A stretch of DNA of 63,283 nt, counting the filler, from Basidiobolus ranarum (Eukaryota), in assembly GCA_040143965.1 (NCBI GenBank). It is 7 parts of 7 records of this genome, joined end to end, with 100 filler letters (N's around TTAATTAATTAA, not from the genome) between each part and the next. Parts side by side here need not be neighbours in the genome. Positions count along the whole stretch, not along the records: positions 18,154 to 27,118 come from JASJQH010007769.1; positions 27,219 to 36,167 come from JASJQH010007770.1; positions 36,268 to 45,207 come from JASJQH010007771.1; 4 more parts are not named here. One strand, given 5' to 3'. Below, piece after piece: positions 23,901 to 37,959 of this stretch. How positions within the stretch are numbered: position 1 is the first letter of the stretch; every line of letters begins with the position of its first letter. Both the position numbers and the translations under genes were made by a program. The notes under the pieces are model-generated. The model was not told where the DNA came from and made no database searches. It saw only the letters and a list, made by a program, of their open reading frames with translations.

Positions 23901-26900
23901 ATGCATACTGACCGAGTAAACACAATACCTGCTACTCCCGGGCAAAGCTTAAAACCCGACAAGTTACTTGTCGACAAGAATACTGATGCCTATATGACTT
24001 CACTTCATTTGAAGCATCCTGTTCCATTCAGCGAGGTATGTACTGAGAGACCTCAAACTGTACCTCATTAACACATATAAAGTAATTCTGCTCAAATTAT
24101 TGCTCATCTTTGTACTATAAACGCGTTACATAGTTGTGCCCCAAAGGTTGTCTATTTTCACGAGTTTTTATGTTCATGTTATAATAGGTACTAATACCTT
24201 TATAATGTTACAATAGATTTCCTGGAAAGGTATAATTCTTCTCCCCCGTCCTTCATTCTTCACATTTATCCAACTTATTTCAAATTTGAGAAACAGGTAC
24301 TTGTTTTTTTATCTTGAACTTGAACTATATTCTAATGAGAGTATTTTAAAACCTCAAGGATGGTGTATTCTTGTTTACAAGTTCTACCAAGGTAAGAAAA
24401 TGTTCAAATTTCATTCTTTTCTGTTACTTACTTTATCTGTTTGTTGAAATAGAGTTTTTTGGATCATTTAAACGATTTTGAGATTCCTCCAGAATTTCTC
24501 GACATATTTGACGAAGCTCGTTGTCCCTATTACGAAGGTAACGACTTCGTATATACTCTAGTGAAAATGTCTTGAATCAAAATAGTAATAAGTATATTAT
24601 ATATAGGCTGTATAATAGCAGAGATTCATGATCATCGTCCCAATTTGCATTCAGAACAGTCCTCGGAGACGCTCACAAACATACAGCGAGTGGTGCTTCA
24701 TCCAACCTCTGAAACTTTGTGGGCTGATCTATGTTTAATGAATGAAACAAGTGATGTTTTGTGGAATGAGGATTTTTCTTTACAAGTAGAGTCCAAGATA
24801 CTGGTGAGTCTTTTCTTAGTAGAACGTTTATTTGCAACCACTGCGTACTCAGATTTGTTTAGCTTGCTACTGAAGCACCCCTGTGCTTAGATCCCTCTTT
24901 TCAGGTCACCCGTATTACTAATACCTTATGTTATGGTAAACCAGAGGCTCATCGTAGCCGTAAAAAGCCCAGAAAAAGAGTTCCCGTTGAAATAGAGACT
25001 GAAGTCGCCGAAAAAGAGGAGAATTATAAGTTGATGATGATGATGGACGAGGTATGCTGCATATAGTTTGAAATCTGAACTAATCCAAGAAACGTGTTGA
25101 CCATTTCTTTGTACAAACATGTTCAGCGTTATCAAAAGAATTTCCAACCCACGTATGTACACATCATACTTGTTCGAGCAGCAATAAGAACTAATCAAGG
25201 TGAATTCAACAGATTCAATCGGATGTCTTTTATAAAAGATTGGAGGAAAAGAAAATCTATGTTGGATGCAGAGCCATCCTCTGGTTTACAGGAGAAGCCT
25301 AAAGGTGATACTTTATTGAAGTTCAAGTAATGCATCGTATTATTAAAATATGGACTTCAAAGACAAGCGCCCTGCCCTTGGTTTGGCATCACCCATTGAT
25401 GAATACCAAGTCGTCCGAACTCTTCGATTCGAGAGAGAATGTGGTGGCAGTAAGTGGCTACTTTGGTATTCATATTTACACTAAGAAAGCTATTGACTGT
25501 TGCTTATAAGAAAAAATATACACTCTGCTCAATATCTATCACGATGCAATGACCTCCAACTATGAGGGAGTGCTCCGTACAGGCCATGCATTGGATACTA
25601 GTATTGAAGGAAACACGTTAAGGTATGTATAAGTGTATGATATCCACTACGTTGTATATTTGTTAAATAATCCAATTTAGATTTCTTATTGGCCCAAAAG
25701 ATGTTCTCGAGGAATATATAGCTAATATCAGAAAGATTTATGGTCTTGATAACACACTAATCAGCGACAACTCTCTTGATACTCACGAAACTACGCCAAT
25801 ATCTTCAATTGAGTCTGACTCCCGCCTTACTGCGTTGTCCTTGCCGCAACCACCCAACCATGCACCTTTGAGTACAAAATTAACCCAGACTATCAAGTCG
25901 TCCTCAATACAACACTCTACTCAGATACAAGCTCAACATGTGGCCAAAAAATCTGTGCCCTCGCAACCGAAGATTCAGTCAACACAAACCCCAAGACAAA
26001 TCAATACGCAGGCACCACTCCAATCTAATGATAAGTTAGCTTCTAGTTTATCTACAGCTTCTACTCATACTGGAAACATGTCTTCGCACAACGCTCAGGC
26101 TTTATCAGCCCAATCCAACATTTCCAAACTTCTTAACAGCATCAGTCTACAGCAGCTTACTCAAAATGGGAGCCCTATTGCCCCTAAAGATCTCAGTGGA
26201 TTAACGCCACAGCAAATAAATCATTTAAAGCTCCAATTGCTACGGAAAAAGCAGCTATTAATGCAGAGACAGCTAAATCAACAACAAAGTGGACCAAATC
26301 CGTCTCCGCCTCAACCAACAGCATCCATGGTAGCAGAACAAACATCAGCCTTGCAGAGTTCTCTTCAGACACCCTCACCATCGCTGGCTTCTAAAAATCC
26401 TACCTCTTTACTGCAAAGAAAAATTCTTAGACCCTCTTTATCTACTTTGCAGCCTTCATCGGCACAAGTTCGAGCAATGCTATCTCAAACACCAATTCCA
26501 TCTCAAAATCCACCAAATAAGCAACTTCCAGTAAAGGTATTTAGCTATTATAGATTTTCGTGGTGATTGAGACAATCAGATTGTACCGTTAATAACCTCC
26601 TTAACTTATTTTAGCCAACCAACCTCAATATTCCAGGACAAATTAACAATCTACCAAACGGAGGTACGTAACATTTCAAATAGCCAAGTATATTCTAAAT
26701 AAATATTAACGTCCATCCGTAGTCACACCCCAAATGCTCGCAATGGCACAACGGAGAAACCAAATACTATGGCAACAACAGCAACTGTTACAGCAATTAT
26801 CGAATGGTAGTGTTGACATGAACCAAGTAAATTTAGCAAATACTGGAATTCCCATTTCTCTTGCTATGAATATGCAAGGAAGGCCTCAACAGCTCGCCCC

Positions 26901-27082
26901 GGCTGGGAAAGGGAAAGCTGGTTCAGAATCTACAGGAAAAGGACGAGATGGAGCACTCCTATCGAAAGTTGAACATAGAAGCATTCAAAAGGGTGTAGCA
27001 GGTAAAGGTAATTCGCCAAACTTGTCTATAAATCTCATGTTATGTACAATTTCTAGGTAAGGAGGTTGTGGAGATTATATAA
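23901..27082 (+). CDS. SPT20: SAGA complex subunit Spt20 (multi-exon)
   Basis: Spliced SEP domain: PPSFILHIYPTYFKFE, EIPPEFLDIFDEARCPYYEGCIIAEIHDHR, RVVLHPTSETLWADL, VESKILLATEAPLCLDPS; Gln/Ser/Pro-rich C-terminus. The 3' end is approximate (27060 or 27082). Confidence 0.85.
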
Positions 27083-27118
27083 TGTTTTATCGGGGATTGA
27101 TTATATTAAGCTGCTAAG

Positions 27119-27218
27119 NNNNNNNNNNNNNNNNNNNNNNNNNNNNNNNNNNNNNNNNNNNNTTAATTAATTAANNNNNNNNNNNNNNNNNNNNNNNNNN
27201 NNNNNNNNNNNNNNNNNN
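27119..27218. other. Artificial contig linker
   Basis: N44-TTAATTAATTAA-N44. Confidence 0.98.
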
Positions 27219-28716
27219 CGAAATTAGTAACTGCTTTACAGATCAAACAAGTGAAACCAACCAAGCAAGCAGAACCTGAACCAACTAGTAGCTCAATCTG
27301 GACATTGTTAATGATGGGTGGTGGTCATTACGCCTTTGCAGTGTTTCACAATTCGCGAGGAGGTAAAGTTTTATTTCACAAGACGTTTCACAGATACACA
27401 ACCAGACGACAACAAGGTGGCAGCCAATCTAGTAATGACCAAGCAAAAGGAAAAGCTAAATCAGCCGGTGCATCAATGCGTCGTGAGAACGAAGCCAAAC
27501 TTCAACGAGATATCCGTGAATTATTAGATGAATGTAGCAGTTACATACAGCGAAGCTCACACATATATACTCATGCTTCTATTGCGAATAAGAATGTACT
27601 CTTTAATTATGAAGATGCAATTCTCAAAGCTAACGATCCAAGAGTTCGGAAATTTCCATTCAGCACACATCGACCGGTAATTGTTTAAGTTTAATCGTGT
27701 AATATATACATACTTCAGACTTACCTTGCTTTCTTTAGACATTCAACGAACTAAAGAGAGCTTATAAAGAGCTTTCAACAGTTAAGGTCGTCAATATTCC
27801 CGAAGAGATATTATCTCCCAAAGTTTCCTCACCTGTACCGCCGACATCTGATTCAAACGAGCCTGTAGAAAATGAAAACAATGACCATTTAGAGGAAACT
27901 TTAATTGAGGTCGATCCTTTACTAGATCTCAAATCCAAGGCTATTTCTTCTATTCGAAAAGGAAAACTTGCGATTTTCAAAAATTTACTAGCAAAGCATC
28001 CTGAACTAACGGTGACAGCTGATTTGTCTGCTATAGAACCAAAATACCCCACATTTCTACATTTAGCTTCTTTCGAATCTCGTTCCGACTTTATCTTCTA
28101 TTTGGTAACAAATGGCGCTAACCCTGCAACTCCTGCACTTTACGGAAAATCACCTAAAGTTCCATATGATGTTGCCAAAGACAAAAATGCCCGAAACGCT
28201 TTTCGTAGGCTAATGGCTGATTATCCAAACCAATGGGACTGGAAAGCTGCTCACGTTCCAAGCCCACTTACAAAAGAAATGCTTGAAGAACAAGAAAAAA
28301 AAGAGCACGAGCGTGAAGAAAGAAAGCGCAAAGAACTAGAAAAACAACGTCAAAAATTGGAGTCCGAAATCAAGGAAGAGAATTTGAATAAAGAAAAAGC
28401 CGCGACTTTGAAGAGTTCGAGTGCAAGTACTTCGCGGCGTTTGGATGGGAACCGTCTAAACGTTGATCAAGCAAGAAACACCATTGGAAATATGACCCCT
28501 GAGGTACGAGCACGATTAGAACGAGAACGTCGCGCAAGAGCAGCCGAGAAGCGTATGGCTTCCTTAGGATCAGCTCCACAGGCATCTACCGCTAATCCCT
28601 CGAATTCAAATGGTTGTTCCTATTGTAATGGATCTTTAGCAGGAAAAGTACCTTTCGAGGCCTTGGGTAAGAAGTTTTGTAGTACTAAATGTGTTTCCGA
28701 ATACCGTAAAAAGTAG
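27219..28716 (+). CDS. VMS1: Vms1/ANKZF1 ribosome quality-control tRNA nuclease, 5'-truncated; one visible intron about 27677-27739
   Basis: VLRF1 motif HKTFHRYTTRRQQGGSQSSND...AKSAGASMRRENE, ankyrin repeat (TFLHLAS), WDWKAAHVPSPL, coiled coil, ERERRARAAEKR and C-terminal CxxC...FCSTKC. Confidence 0.92.
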
Positions 28717-29737
28717 ATATAGCTGACGAGCTTGTATACCACAACTGCAAATATCCACTGTTTTGTAAAATACGCATTTTTTCTTCGTAAATAGAAAACT
28801 GCTGTCATGAAATTTTGCTAGTCAATATAACATACCATTGAGTATCATACTTTATTCTAAAGGTGAATTTAATGAACCCCAAGGGCTATCTAATAAACCC
28901 TCACGTCAATCTATTTCAAAAAGCCTCGAATGTTTGGTATTATTTGTTATCAGAGAAATCAATCTAGTTAGTATTGTATTACTAGGCTGAGTTAATCCAT
29001 GTGTTTTACGTATATCCTTTAAATAAAAAAGAGGCAAAATCCCTATATACATTGCTTTCTCACCATTAGCGTCAACATGGAATCTCAACTCTATTACTGT
29101 TGTTGGACTTGTGCTTGAGGCTCTCCAGTCCTCTTGCGGGAATGCTAGAGCAAATGGAAAAACTAGTCTCCACATGAGAATATAAGCTTGGGATGGGCTT
29201 GTACGACTCTAGTCGTCTACCAATTGAGGACGGGAAAATAAAATACCGAGTTATTATACTTAACTTGTAAATTCACATGATTTGAAGCCATTTAGAGTGC
29301 CGAGAATTCTGTTAAATAATGACTCAACTTGGATTTAATATCCTTAACAAGAGATATCATTTGAATATACGTTTTCATACAAGTGTTCTATTCGATCCAT
29401 AGCGGCTGATGACTTGCTATCGTTATGCATTTATAGTCTATATAAGCTGTCCATCTCATTTATACGTCATAGAATCGAATCACATTTATTATGAGGTATT
29501 AGATCGTCAGAGAGATCCTATGGTGGGTACGATAGGCTTAAGAATTGAGTCTTTTCGTTTAGGGTTAAACTAAATCTGGTATCTAAATATATCATGCTTC
29601 AATGAAACTATCAAGTGACATCGAGTTTTTATAGTTCGATCCAGCAAACTAAAGGCAGTCCGAACGCGCAGTCGATTAAGCTTCAATTCACCTCTCTCAT
29701 TTTTTACTGCATTGATTTCTCGATATATCATATTCTA

Positions 29738-32700
29738 ATGCGGTGTCCATGTGTACCAAAGAAGAATCATGTAAAACTCATAGAGAATTGCTACCCCAAT
29801 CTACCTGGACAAAGTACTCCACAGCCTAGTGAGACCTCTTATCTCGTATATTATGCCTCCTCTAGACCAGCAAAACTTGTTAAAGTAGCCGAGTATTTGA
29901 AGAAAAGAGTTGCCAAAGATGTTTACAAGCTACGAAATACGTAATCTCTATTTCTGTATAGCTTATGTGGTAGCATCAGTTTTGATTAACCTTTTTCTCG
30001 GTTCAACAGGGACATTATTGTCACTCTGGGAATCATCAACGAATTATTGCTTGGTTGTAGTAAAGATGTCAATCTCTTTGCAAGAGGTGTCCTACATTCT
30101 CTATCAACTATTCTAGAAGTGAAGGATTTTGAATTAAGTTGGGCAGTTGGTAACACGGTAAACCATAACTTTCATGAGCTTGATCTGGAATCGTAGGGTA
30201 ATAATGGTTTGCTATCAAATGTAGTTCCGTAAATTTTGCTCGAAATATGACGGTAGCTCTCTAGGTGTAGACGAAGAACTAACCAAGGAGTTCGACTTCT
30301 TGGTAAATGATTTTTGTACTGAAGCCTCGCGAGACATAAACAAGGAATCTGAAAAAAGGTAGGAAGCTTTTTGAATTTTGAAGTGGAAACGTATACCATG
30401 ATTAAAATTGTATCACATATCTTAGATGGCGACTTTTAGGTCTAAGAGCCATGCATGGACTGGTAAATTCACAAATAATCAAGGCTGCTCATGCAGCAAA
30501 CTATCTGAGAAAACTGATCTACTCAAGTCTGTCAAATATCACCTCTTTCAAAGAATATTTAAGGTACCTTTCTTTGTTTTGTCGCCAAATCATAAAATTG
30601 GAATGCTCTTATAGACTCTAATTACGATGCCTTTTGTTGACATAGTGAAGATGACGGGTTTGAAATACCTGAATCTTTGCAAGAGAATTTAGCCTTCAAT
30701 ATGTTCAATGTGGATGATGATTCATTAAATGTAGCCTCGTTAGAGTGCGGGAGACAGCTAATTCGAAATTCAGCTCCTTTGTATTTCCGAACTATCGCCG
30801 AAACATACTTCAGGTAAATTCTCACTAGTTTCTCTTCCATTCATTTCATTCACAAGTGTGATACTGAGTCTGATTGCCGTGCATTAACTTTTTTATACTC
30901 TTTAATTGTAGTTTCGTAGAAGATAATGGCCGCTATGGGGATCGGAGTTATTGCGTTGACCTGGTTCATTTCATAATGCTGAATGTTCCGGTAAAGTTTC
31001 CAGTAGAATTGTCGGAAGTAGCGGGAAGTTCTAACCCTTTTACCTCTAGCCTTCGTACCGCCATATTGTTGTGAATGAAGTGCTGAAAATGCTAAGAGGC
31101 TGCAAGGAAGCGGGAGTGGATCAAAAGAAAACCACTTTAATCAACGTCATCGCATTTTGCCTCACTCATCGTATGGCTGCAGTAGGGTTATCGGTGCTTG
31201 AGGTAGTTAACGCTCTTATTGACCACCTATTCAAGATGCTGCAATACAAAAATCTCACAGAAAAGAATCCATATGCTGAAGAATTTACGCCGTTGGAGGC
31301 TGAGTTTCGGAACGGGATTGTTCATAGTATTGGTAGGGAGAAACAGTGGAATATGCGCTGCTATAATCAGTATTAACAATCTTGATGCTTCTTAGGTGGA
31401 TTAGCCACGCATTTGTATTATTCTGAGCAGATCAACGACACACTGGGATTTCTGATCAATAAGTTATCACTCAGCTGTCAAGATCAAGTCGTTGATGGTG
31501 TGCCCATTTCTGCTTTTCGTAGAGCCTTGCTGAAGTGTATGAGAATACTGGTTGATACGAACGCGGAAGCAGTAAGGAGCTCACATTACGAACATAGCGA
31601 GATCCCCTTCAGAATCATTACACCCACCTTATGCTTGTTCACCAATAAGAATCCATGTATGTTGCGAGATTATTGTATCTATTCTTAACAGCAATGCTTA
31701 CTAAATGTATCTCAGCCGTTCGTAAAGAGTACGGGTTTTTCTTTTTGAGCTGCCTCGACAACTCGGACATCGGACGAAGGTAGTTCATTGCCCATATACG
31801 CGACTATCTCGACATTATTCATTGTTAACTCTTGCAATTACTCTATACTCATCGATATTCTCTAGTAACGCTACATCCCTCAAATCATCTATCAGCAGTT
31901 CGAATAAGGTAAATGATCTCCTTTATTCCTATTATTTCCTAAGCCGTTTACTCACCGGGCAGTGGTTTTCTGATATAGCATGTACATCGTTCTTCAGATC
32001 GCGCCCTCGAGTTTCGATGTTCCCTTCATCGGGCATTATATGAATACGCGCGGTGGGATTCTCTATTTCCACTGGACTATTCGATCATTCTCTCTATTTT
32101 TAAGAAATTAATTCAACGCTACCAGCACGAAGAATTAGTTCGTGCTATTCCAGTGATGTTCAAACTTCAAGACATAGCGAATTCTCTAGAGCACCCCCAT
32201 GCATTAGATCAATTGGTAGCCTCGTATTTTGAGTATGTTGCTGAGTTCCTTGTAATCCCACCGCTTCATGAATACATGGAGGAGGTCATTAAAACACGCA
32301 AACAAGTGAGATGTTGGTACAATCCACGTGATTGCAGCATCGAAGAACTAAGAAACCTGGAAGGAAAAACATTCTCAATGTTAACGGAAAAACAGGAAAT
32401 TTCAGAACAAGCGAGAAGAGTCAACATCGATCCGGATATCGTCCGGAAGATAATATTGGAGGACGAGCTTTCCCAACGTCAATACTCTGATCTTCAAAAG
32501 CGACTGAGCTTAAACTATGACCCTGAAAGTAGCAGTTGTGAGTTCCAATATTCTTCGAATAACCCTAGCCAAGGTCTCACTGGAGCAAGAGTACAGCCCA
32601 AACTATCGATACCATTGATTGTTCGATCTGACCAAGCTTGTGAGCAAATTAAAGCACCGAAGGTAGAAAATTTGATTGAGGCATTGAAAAACGGCAATGA

Positions 32701-32881
32701 CGACTCTAGTGACTTCATAGATAGCGATTCCTCCGATATTCCAAGAGAAGGGTCACTTGTCTCAGGAACAAAAAGGACCGATAAATTAAAACCCGACATA
32801 TCGAATTTACTCAAGAGTATTTCTGTAAATTCCTTGGTCCCTCCTAACTCTTTAGTTAACACTCCACATTTGCATCACTAA
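29738..32881 (+). CDS. EFR3: Efr3, plasma-membrane scaffold for PI4-kinase (multi-exon)
   Basis: Cys-containing N-terminus MRCPCVP, HVKLIENCYP, SYLVYYASSRPAKLVKVAEYL, GLSVLEV, GGLATHLYYSEQIND, and C-terminal APKVENL. Confidence 0.9.
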
Positions 32882-33189
32882 GAACGTCGTCTCAGGTCAT
32901 ACTGTATTAATATTGATTAATCCACTGAATTCACCCAAAATGTTTGTCTATCCTTGAATGCCAATTTAGTATGTAATTCCATCCCAGGCACGATGGAGAA
33001 ATTAAAATCCTCCAACTAGTGAATATTTCTCGAGCTATGATATGAGCAGCAGAAGCTAGAGAGCATGATCATGGTATTCCATACAAAATGAGCGCAATCA
33101 GTGTCAATCAAATCTATGTGCAGATTGTCTATCTTTTGAGGTCTGTTAATACTCAAAAGTCTCACTGGTGCTGAGACTAGTGCAAGTGT

Positions 33190-33480
33190 TTACTCTGGCG
33201 TTCGGTTGGTTGTAATATTACCAAGCGACGATCATTGCGTGATTGGGAATGGAAATGACAGCCAGGTCTTGGATTGAGATTGCGCTTTATGATATTGCAG
33301 GATCTGCTTTGATATGAATCTAAGCTAGTGATTATGTGCCTAAAGGTGCCACGCATATCCATCACTTAATTGTCTGATATAGATTCATATCTTCGAGTTA
33401 CAGTTGATGATGGCCATTGATTAGCACAGCACCAATGATCCTTCTAAGATGGTATCCAACTGATCACCCGAGGTTTCAAC
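33190..33480 (-). mobile_element. Decayed RNase H fragment of a non-LTR retrotransposon
   Basis: WPSST (cf. WPSSTRAEL), a frameshifted IYTDSQ-like string and a HSxxxND-like string in order on the minus strand. Confidence 0.35.
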
Positions 33481-34155
33481 CATTTCAGGAGCTAGGCCTT
33501 CCCCTATAAGGAATGGTAGATACGAGCTCTCTAGATGAGTGACATATCAAGGAGGATGTATGTTGGTAGAAGGTCCAATTGAAACATGGATTAAAACCTC
33601 AAAAACCTACTACCATCTAGGAGCTACTAGGGGTATTTTGAATTCTAAATCTCAGTGTAGCGTAAATCACGGCAATCCACCCACTTACAACAGGAGTATT
33701 GCAGCATATCCTCAAGCCCTATGATTCAAACCAATTTGAATTAAGCCCAGCAGGTGGTATATTATAATTTCCACTTTCCATGGAACTCTGAGAACATATT
33801 GCATGGCGCATTTAACTTCGTGTATTAGTAGTGCTTTAAAACCACAACGTCTACCTAGTATTTTATTCGAAAGATCTATCGAAACTTAACATTCCCAACC
33901 CCTTTTTTACATCTGTCTTTGATAATCTTTAGCACCACCGTCCACATTCCAACTTAGCCGAACAAAAAAATCTGAAGATTCGAACACCAAGTGGCATATT
34001 ATTTCTCTGTTTGTGATACTGTCACTTGTAGTTGGCGTGATTAACACCTAGTGTAATATTACTGTTGAGATAGTTATTCTGTGACCGCGTATTATATTGC
34101 CTTGACTATATCCACATTAATCTAAGTTAGCTTCATTGGATCTTTAAACTTTCCA

Positions 34156-36167
34156 ATGACCGATGAAAACTCTAAAAAATTCGCCACGGGATCCACAATC
34201 AGAGACACTTCCAATTCTGACGATAACCAGAATTTCCAAACTGACACACAGGAAATCCAAACCCCGCGACGTTCGGTATCTATTGCCAGTAGACAGCATA
34301 CAGATATCCACCCAAGACCTGCGCCTGAAGGAGCACCATTGTACAGACATGGATCCAGCAATACCTATGGTAAGAAAGCAACTTTCTACTTACTACCATT
34401 CATTCTAATTAGAACTATACAATAGCCTCTGGATCGCTCAAAGCTCTAAGAAGGCCAATTTCACCTGAGCCAGAAATCTCCGGAAATGACAGACCAACGA
34501 GTGGCCTTGGACATCATCCCACTGTTCAAAATTCCAATCCCGCATATTTCCATAAGCCTTTGATTTTTAGACGTTCGACAAATGAAGGCTTTGGTGTTCT
34601 ATCTTTCAAGGATCGGTCTTCAGCAGGTGGGTTGTTATCTTCATAATAGAGTTGCTTTCAATACAAGTTAATAACTTTTCATTGGAGGTGTTTCCCCTTT
34701 ACGGGAATCCTTCACTCGAGAAAATATTCCTTCAAGATCCTCCATCAAGTCTTGCGGCTCACAGAGTCTTACGCGTAAAAATACCACTCTAGAAGTAGAG
34801 TCGCAAAATGCCTATCAATGCGACAACCCCCAAAGGCAAAAATCTTTAATACGACCCGAACGCCGCCCTACACAACGGAAATATCCACGGCATAAAAGTA
34901 AGGAAGAAGATTCACATCGTGAAAACTCTACTCATCGTGGTAGCATTTTGAGGGTCTTGAAAAACAATGGTACCTCGCCACATCACGTAATCTCTTAAAA
35001 AAATCGTTGCCCTGGCTGTTGGACGATATTTTCTAAAGTAGTAACTTGGTACGCGCCCAAGCCTATACTTTCATGCTGTGGTAAGTGAGTAGCTAGTTAA
35101 CTCTCTGAATAAATATTTACAGCCTTCACTAATTAGGGATGCGCACACGGGAAGTGAGACAAGCCTGGAGAGAAAAAATGGCTCTTTGTACCCTCATATT
35201 CTTCCTTTGCTTGTTTGTTGGCTTCCTTACCTTTGGGTTACAACAGGTTCTCTGCGGCTGGGGTGTTTCTCCGCGCGTGAAGCAGGGAACTGTAGATAGA
35301 GATTTTACTATAATCAATGGCAAAGCCTATCGGGTCACGTCATTTAATCATCCACCAGTTGTCGAGGTTTTGCCTCAAGGGGGGAGTATTGCTCAGATAG
35401 CAGGTGCGATGGATATATCATATTTATTTCAGCAAACAAATGAGAGCTGTAAAAATATTCTCAAGGTAAAAAGCAGTGCAGATGTTATGGGGAACACTTT
35501 TAGCTATTTCCCTTGTAAAATTCGTAATCCAAGCTCAAATTATCGCTTGAGCCCCGACGAAAGAGCGAATCGAACTAGCTGCCATACTTCAAAAGTATCA
35601 AGAGATGCTCTATTGCGCTTAAGTGTTCTAGGTGATATTTATTATGACTGGAATGACGTTCTAAGAAAAAATCGCAACTTGGTTGTGTATAATGGGTAAT
35701 TCTCATACACCAGCTGCAAATTTCATATGGCAATGACTTATACATCTCCATTTTTCCGGTAGATACATCTTGGATTTTGACATCCTGAATTATGTTGTGA
35801 CAGGGGTTGAGATTCCTACTGTCTTCAACTTATTACGAAGTTCCAACTCTCCACATAGAGGAACTGATGTGACTTTCCTTCTTAATACTTATTACAAAGC
35901 GGAAGCCAAATGTGCCATGGATATTCTTAAAGTAGGGACTTTGGATACAAATACTATGGGCTGTATCGTCTCCAACATAGTGCTTTATGTTTCTCTTATT
36001 GTTATTCTTGGTGTAGTTCTTACTAAATTCTTCCTGGCGGTTTTCTTTGGTTGGGTATTAAGCTGGCGATTGGGAAGTTTCCGTCGAGAAACATATGAAG
36101 AGCGTATGAAAAGATTGGAAGCAATCGAGCTCTGGAGCGACAACCCAAACGACTTGGCTATCCCCGC
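34156..36167 (+). CDS. Class IV (Chs3-like) chitin synthase, 5' part; truncated by contig end; in-frame TAA at 34996-34998 (possible pseudogene)
   Basis: RQKSLIRPER, WTIFSKVVTWYAP, VRQAWREKMALCTLI, GFLTFG, cytochrome b5-like region, KVGTLDTNTMGCIVSNIVLYVSLIVILGVV. Confidence 0.85.
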
Positions 36168-36267
36168 NNNNNNNNNNNNNNNNNNNNNNNNNNNNNNNNN
36201 NNNNNNNNNNNTTAATTAATTAANNNNNNNNNNNNNNNNNNNNNNNNNNNNNNNNNNNNNNNNNNNN
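36168..36267. other. Artificial contig linker
   Basis: N44-TTAATTAATTAA-N44. Confidence 0.98.
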
Positions 36268-36374
36268 ATTCCTATTTAGAATATAGGGGCTATAGATACG
36301 TTGCTTTCTGTTTCTGATATATGTATCATAACTAAAGTTAACTATGATGTTGAATAAAGATTAATTATCCAACA
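36268..36374 (+). mobile_element. 3' end of a young LTR (family B), cut by contig start
   Basis: Ends ...AATAAAGATTAATTATCCAACA; 107 bp match the reverse complement of 45023-45129 with one mismatch. Confidence 0.7.
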
Positions 36375-36421
36375 GAACTTCAATGTAGGCACAACGTTAC
36401 AGTAAGTAGAAGAATTGACTT

Positions 36422-36770
36422 TGCTGAAATTAGCTTTGCCTAAACACCTATATAGTCATATATAGCTTCATACTTAGTTATCTTAGATTTCACTAAGATA
36501 TTACCCATTATTCTCAATTGGAATATACTTGGAATATTTTTACTGACGTAGAAGTTCTCAGATATATAGATTTTTTCAAACCTGTGCTAGAAGCCCCAAA
36601 CTTTGCACACATGTTTCTGGGACCTTCCTTGACACATTCTACACGCTAGTTTGTTTACATCTTGACAAAACTATAAATGTCAACTGAATACTCAATAAAT
36701 CAACAAGTGAAAACCACCAATTTCTCTCATTTTCCAAGCCACTTCCAACAGGCTCCCAAATTCTTTAACA
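36422..36770 (+). mobile_element. Complete solo LTR, family A (349 bp)
   Basis: TGCTGAAATTAG...CTTTAACA termini, flanks GACTT / GAATT (TSD with one mismatch), internal TATAAA and AATAAA. Confidence 0.85.
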
Positions 36771-37959
36771 GAATTTTCCTATTATTATAAAAACTCTGGA
36801 TAGTGGAGTTGAGAATACAGTTCAAAAATTGCGTGAAAAAGAAGATATAGACAATTCAACTCAGACTTCAAATATGGAAGATTATGTATTTCCTTCTATA
36901 TGACCTATAACACCGATGCAAGACCATAAAATGCGTTATTTTAAATCTTACTCATTTCAATACTGTTTCCATGAACAGAACTTGTTTAAAATACTGAGAG
37001 CTGACATCCACATTAAGGTTTATGTGAGAGACTATGGGATAAATATGAATGTATAAATTTGACATAGATTAACGTGTACTTCCCTAAATAGACAGAAACC
37101 CATAATCAATAAATGATCGAATTGCCGAGAGTATGATACTGCAGAGAAAAAAAAAATTCATTTTTGATCTAACAAATCATCACAGAAGTATTAATTTTAA
37201 GATTTTAGGTCAACATACGACTGACTGCGAAGATTGGAAACTCTGGCGTAAGTGATTGAGTCGTGCGGATGCTGAATAGCGATTAAAAACAAGCTAGTTT
37301 GGTGACTAAATTTCATAATCCTAGTTGTTGACATGGTAGGCCCGATTCCAGGTCTCCGGAATGACAAGAATCACTGCCATAAACTTCACAACACCATACC
37401 GACTAGTTCATTGCACTAAAGCACTACCATCGCTGAGAAGGGTGGCTTTTTCGTGTGCAATAGCAAGCTCTGGCACCTAGGCAACAAAAATATTCGTACA
37501 GAAGCCGACATTCAAATACGACCATGACAGAACACCTTAGGGCTTGCATAATTGCTTCTGGCCAACATCCTTGAGAAAGGGCTCAAGCTCATTGAGGAGT
37601 TTATATTCGGCTTTTAAATTAACAAGTATCTAAGATCAACTCAATATTCTGAAGGTAGACTGATTTAATGGCATACGTGTATAAACAATGGATAGGGGTA
37701 TTTTAATTGGTTATGAACCTCAGTTGACAATGTAATGAAGATGGCTGGAGGAGACCATGCGTATATTATGCACTATTGACGAGCAAAGGTTACTCTCCAT
37801 TGATAGTGTCATGAGCATGTTATGTGGCTAGGGCGCGCTCTATCTAAACCCTTGGATTAGTAACGCGTCAGAGTGATCTTCTCCTCCGAGGCACAACTCT
37901 AAACACTCGCTGTCATTCCACTCGAGCCAGGATGGGATCTCGAACGGGCTTAGTCAGTT

